Source of the DNA: the human T2T-CHM13v2.0 reference genome, Homo sapiens
Assembly (NCBI RefSeq): GCF_009914755.1
Contig: NC_060927.1
Length of the DNA stretch: 64,000 nt
Direction: 5' to 3' (one strand)
Shown: positions 63,552-64,000 of the stretch, in pieces
How the letters are laid out: each line of letters begins with the position of its first letter
Numbering within the stretch: the first letter of the stretch is position 1
The notes under the pieces: model-generated
Databases searched by the model: none
What the model saw: the letters and a program-made list of their open reading frames with translations, nothing else
What the model was told of the DNA's origin: nothing
Program-made: the position numbers and the translations under genes

Positions 63552-64000
63552 TAGGTTTTGAAGCCTACTTGGAGGTCTCTAAGTCAGGGCTTCCCAATGT
63601 TCTTTGCACACGAAGGAATGGATACTGTCTGTGTGACACACTGCAGGAACTGCTGGCAGCCTGAGAAGGGCCAGCTAGGGGGTCCAGACACCCCAGGCCA
63701 AGCCCCAAGGGCTAAAGGGATGGGTCAGGTCTCTGCTCACCTGGAACCCATTCTGTTGAGAAGCTCTCCTCTAAGCCTTGACTATAAAAATATTAATAGC
63801 TTCTTTTTATTGAGTGATTAAAATGTGCTGGGTGGTGTGTGAGGCATTCTATATACATTGTCTCTGTAGTGACGGGAAGTCATCATCATCCCCATTTTAT
63901 AGATGAGGACTGAGGCTCAGAGATTCAGCAACTGGCCCAAGGGCGTTACCTCTCTGAACTTCTAATGTGCTTAAAAAGCAATGTCAGTGTCAAGTGATTT

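Overview
Human-like (primate) genomic DNA rich in Alu, MIR and L2 repeats. It contains one protein-coding gene: the intronless MAGE-family gene MAGEF1 (minus strand, CDS 38085-39011, 308 aa in this haplotype) with a CpG-island promoter. From recall, this places the window at human 3q27.1 between EPHB3 and VPS8. The most striking structure is a ~8.25 kb ERV1 element (LTR8, HUERS-P1-like, tRNA-Pro PBS; 26193-34444, minus). It lacks proviral ends and instead has the layout R-U5-internal-U3-R plus a poly(A) remnant and a ~12-bp target-site duplication, i.e. an L1-retroposed processed copy of an ERV genomic RNA. Its ends mark the LTR8 transcription start and polyadenylation site, and its leader holds six 22-nt hairpin repeats around the splice donor. 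Other items: a candidate orphan 3'-terminal exon (11666-11940), a long GGAA microsatellite upstream of MAGEF1, two dispersed ~130-160 bp duplications, and a fold-back rearrangement inside an old L1. Repeat subfamily names come from recalled consensus sequences, and most repeat boundaries are approximate. The other ORFs in the track are Alu-, microsatellite- or GC-driven noise.
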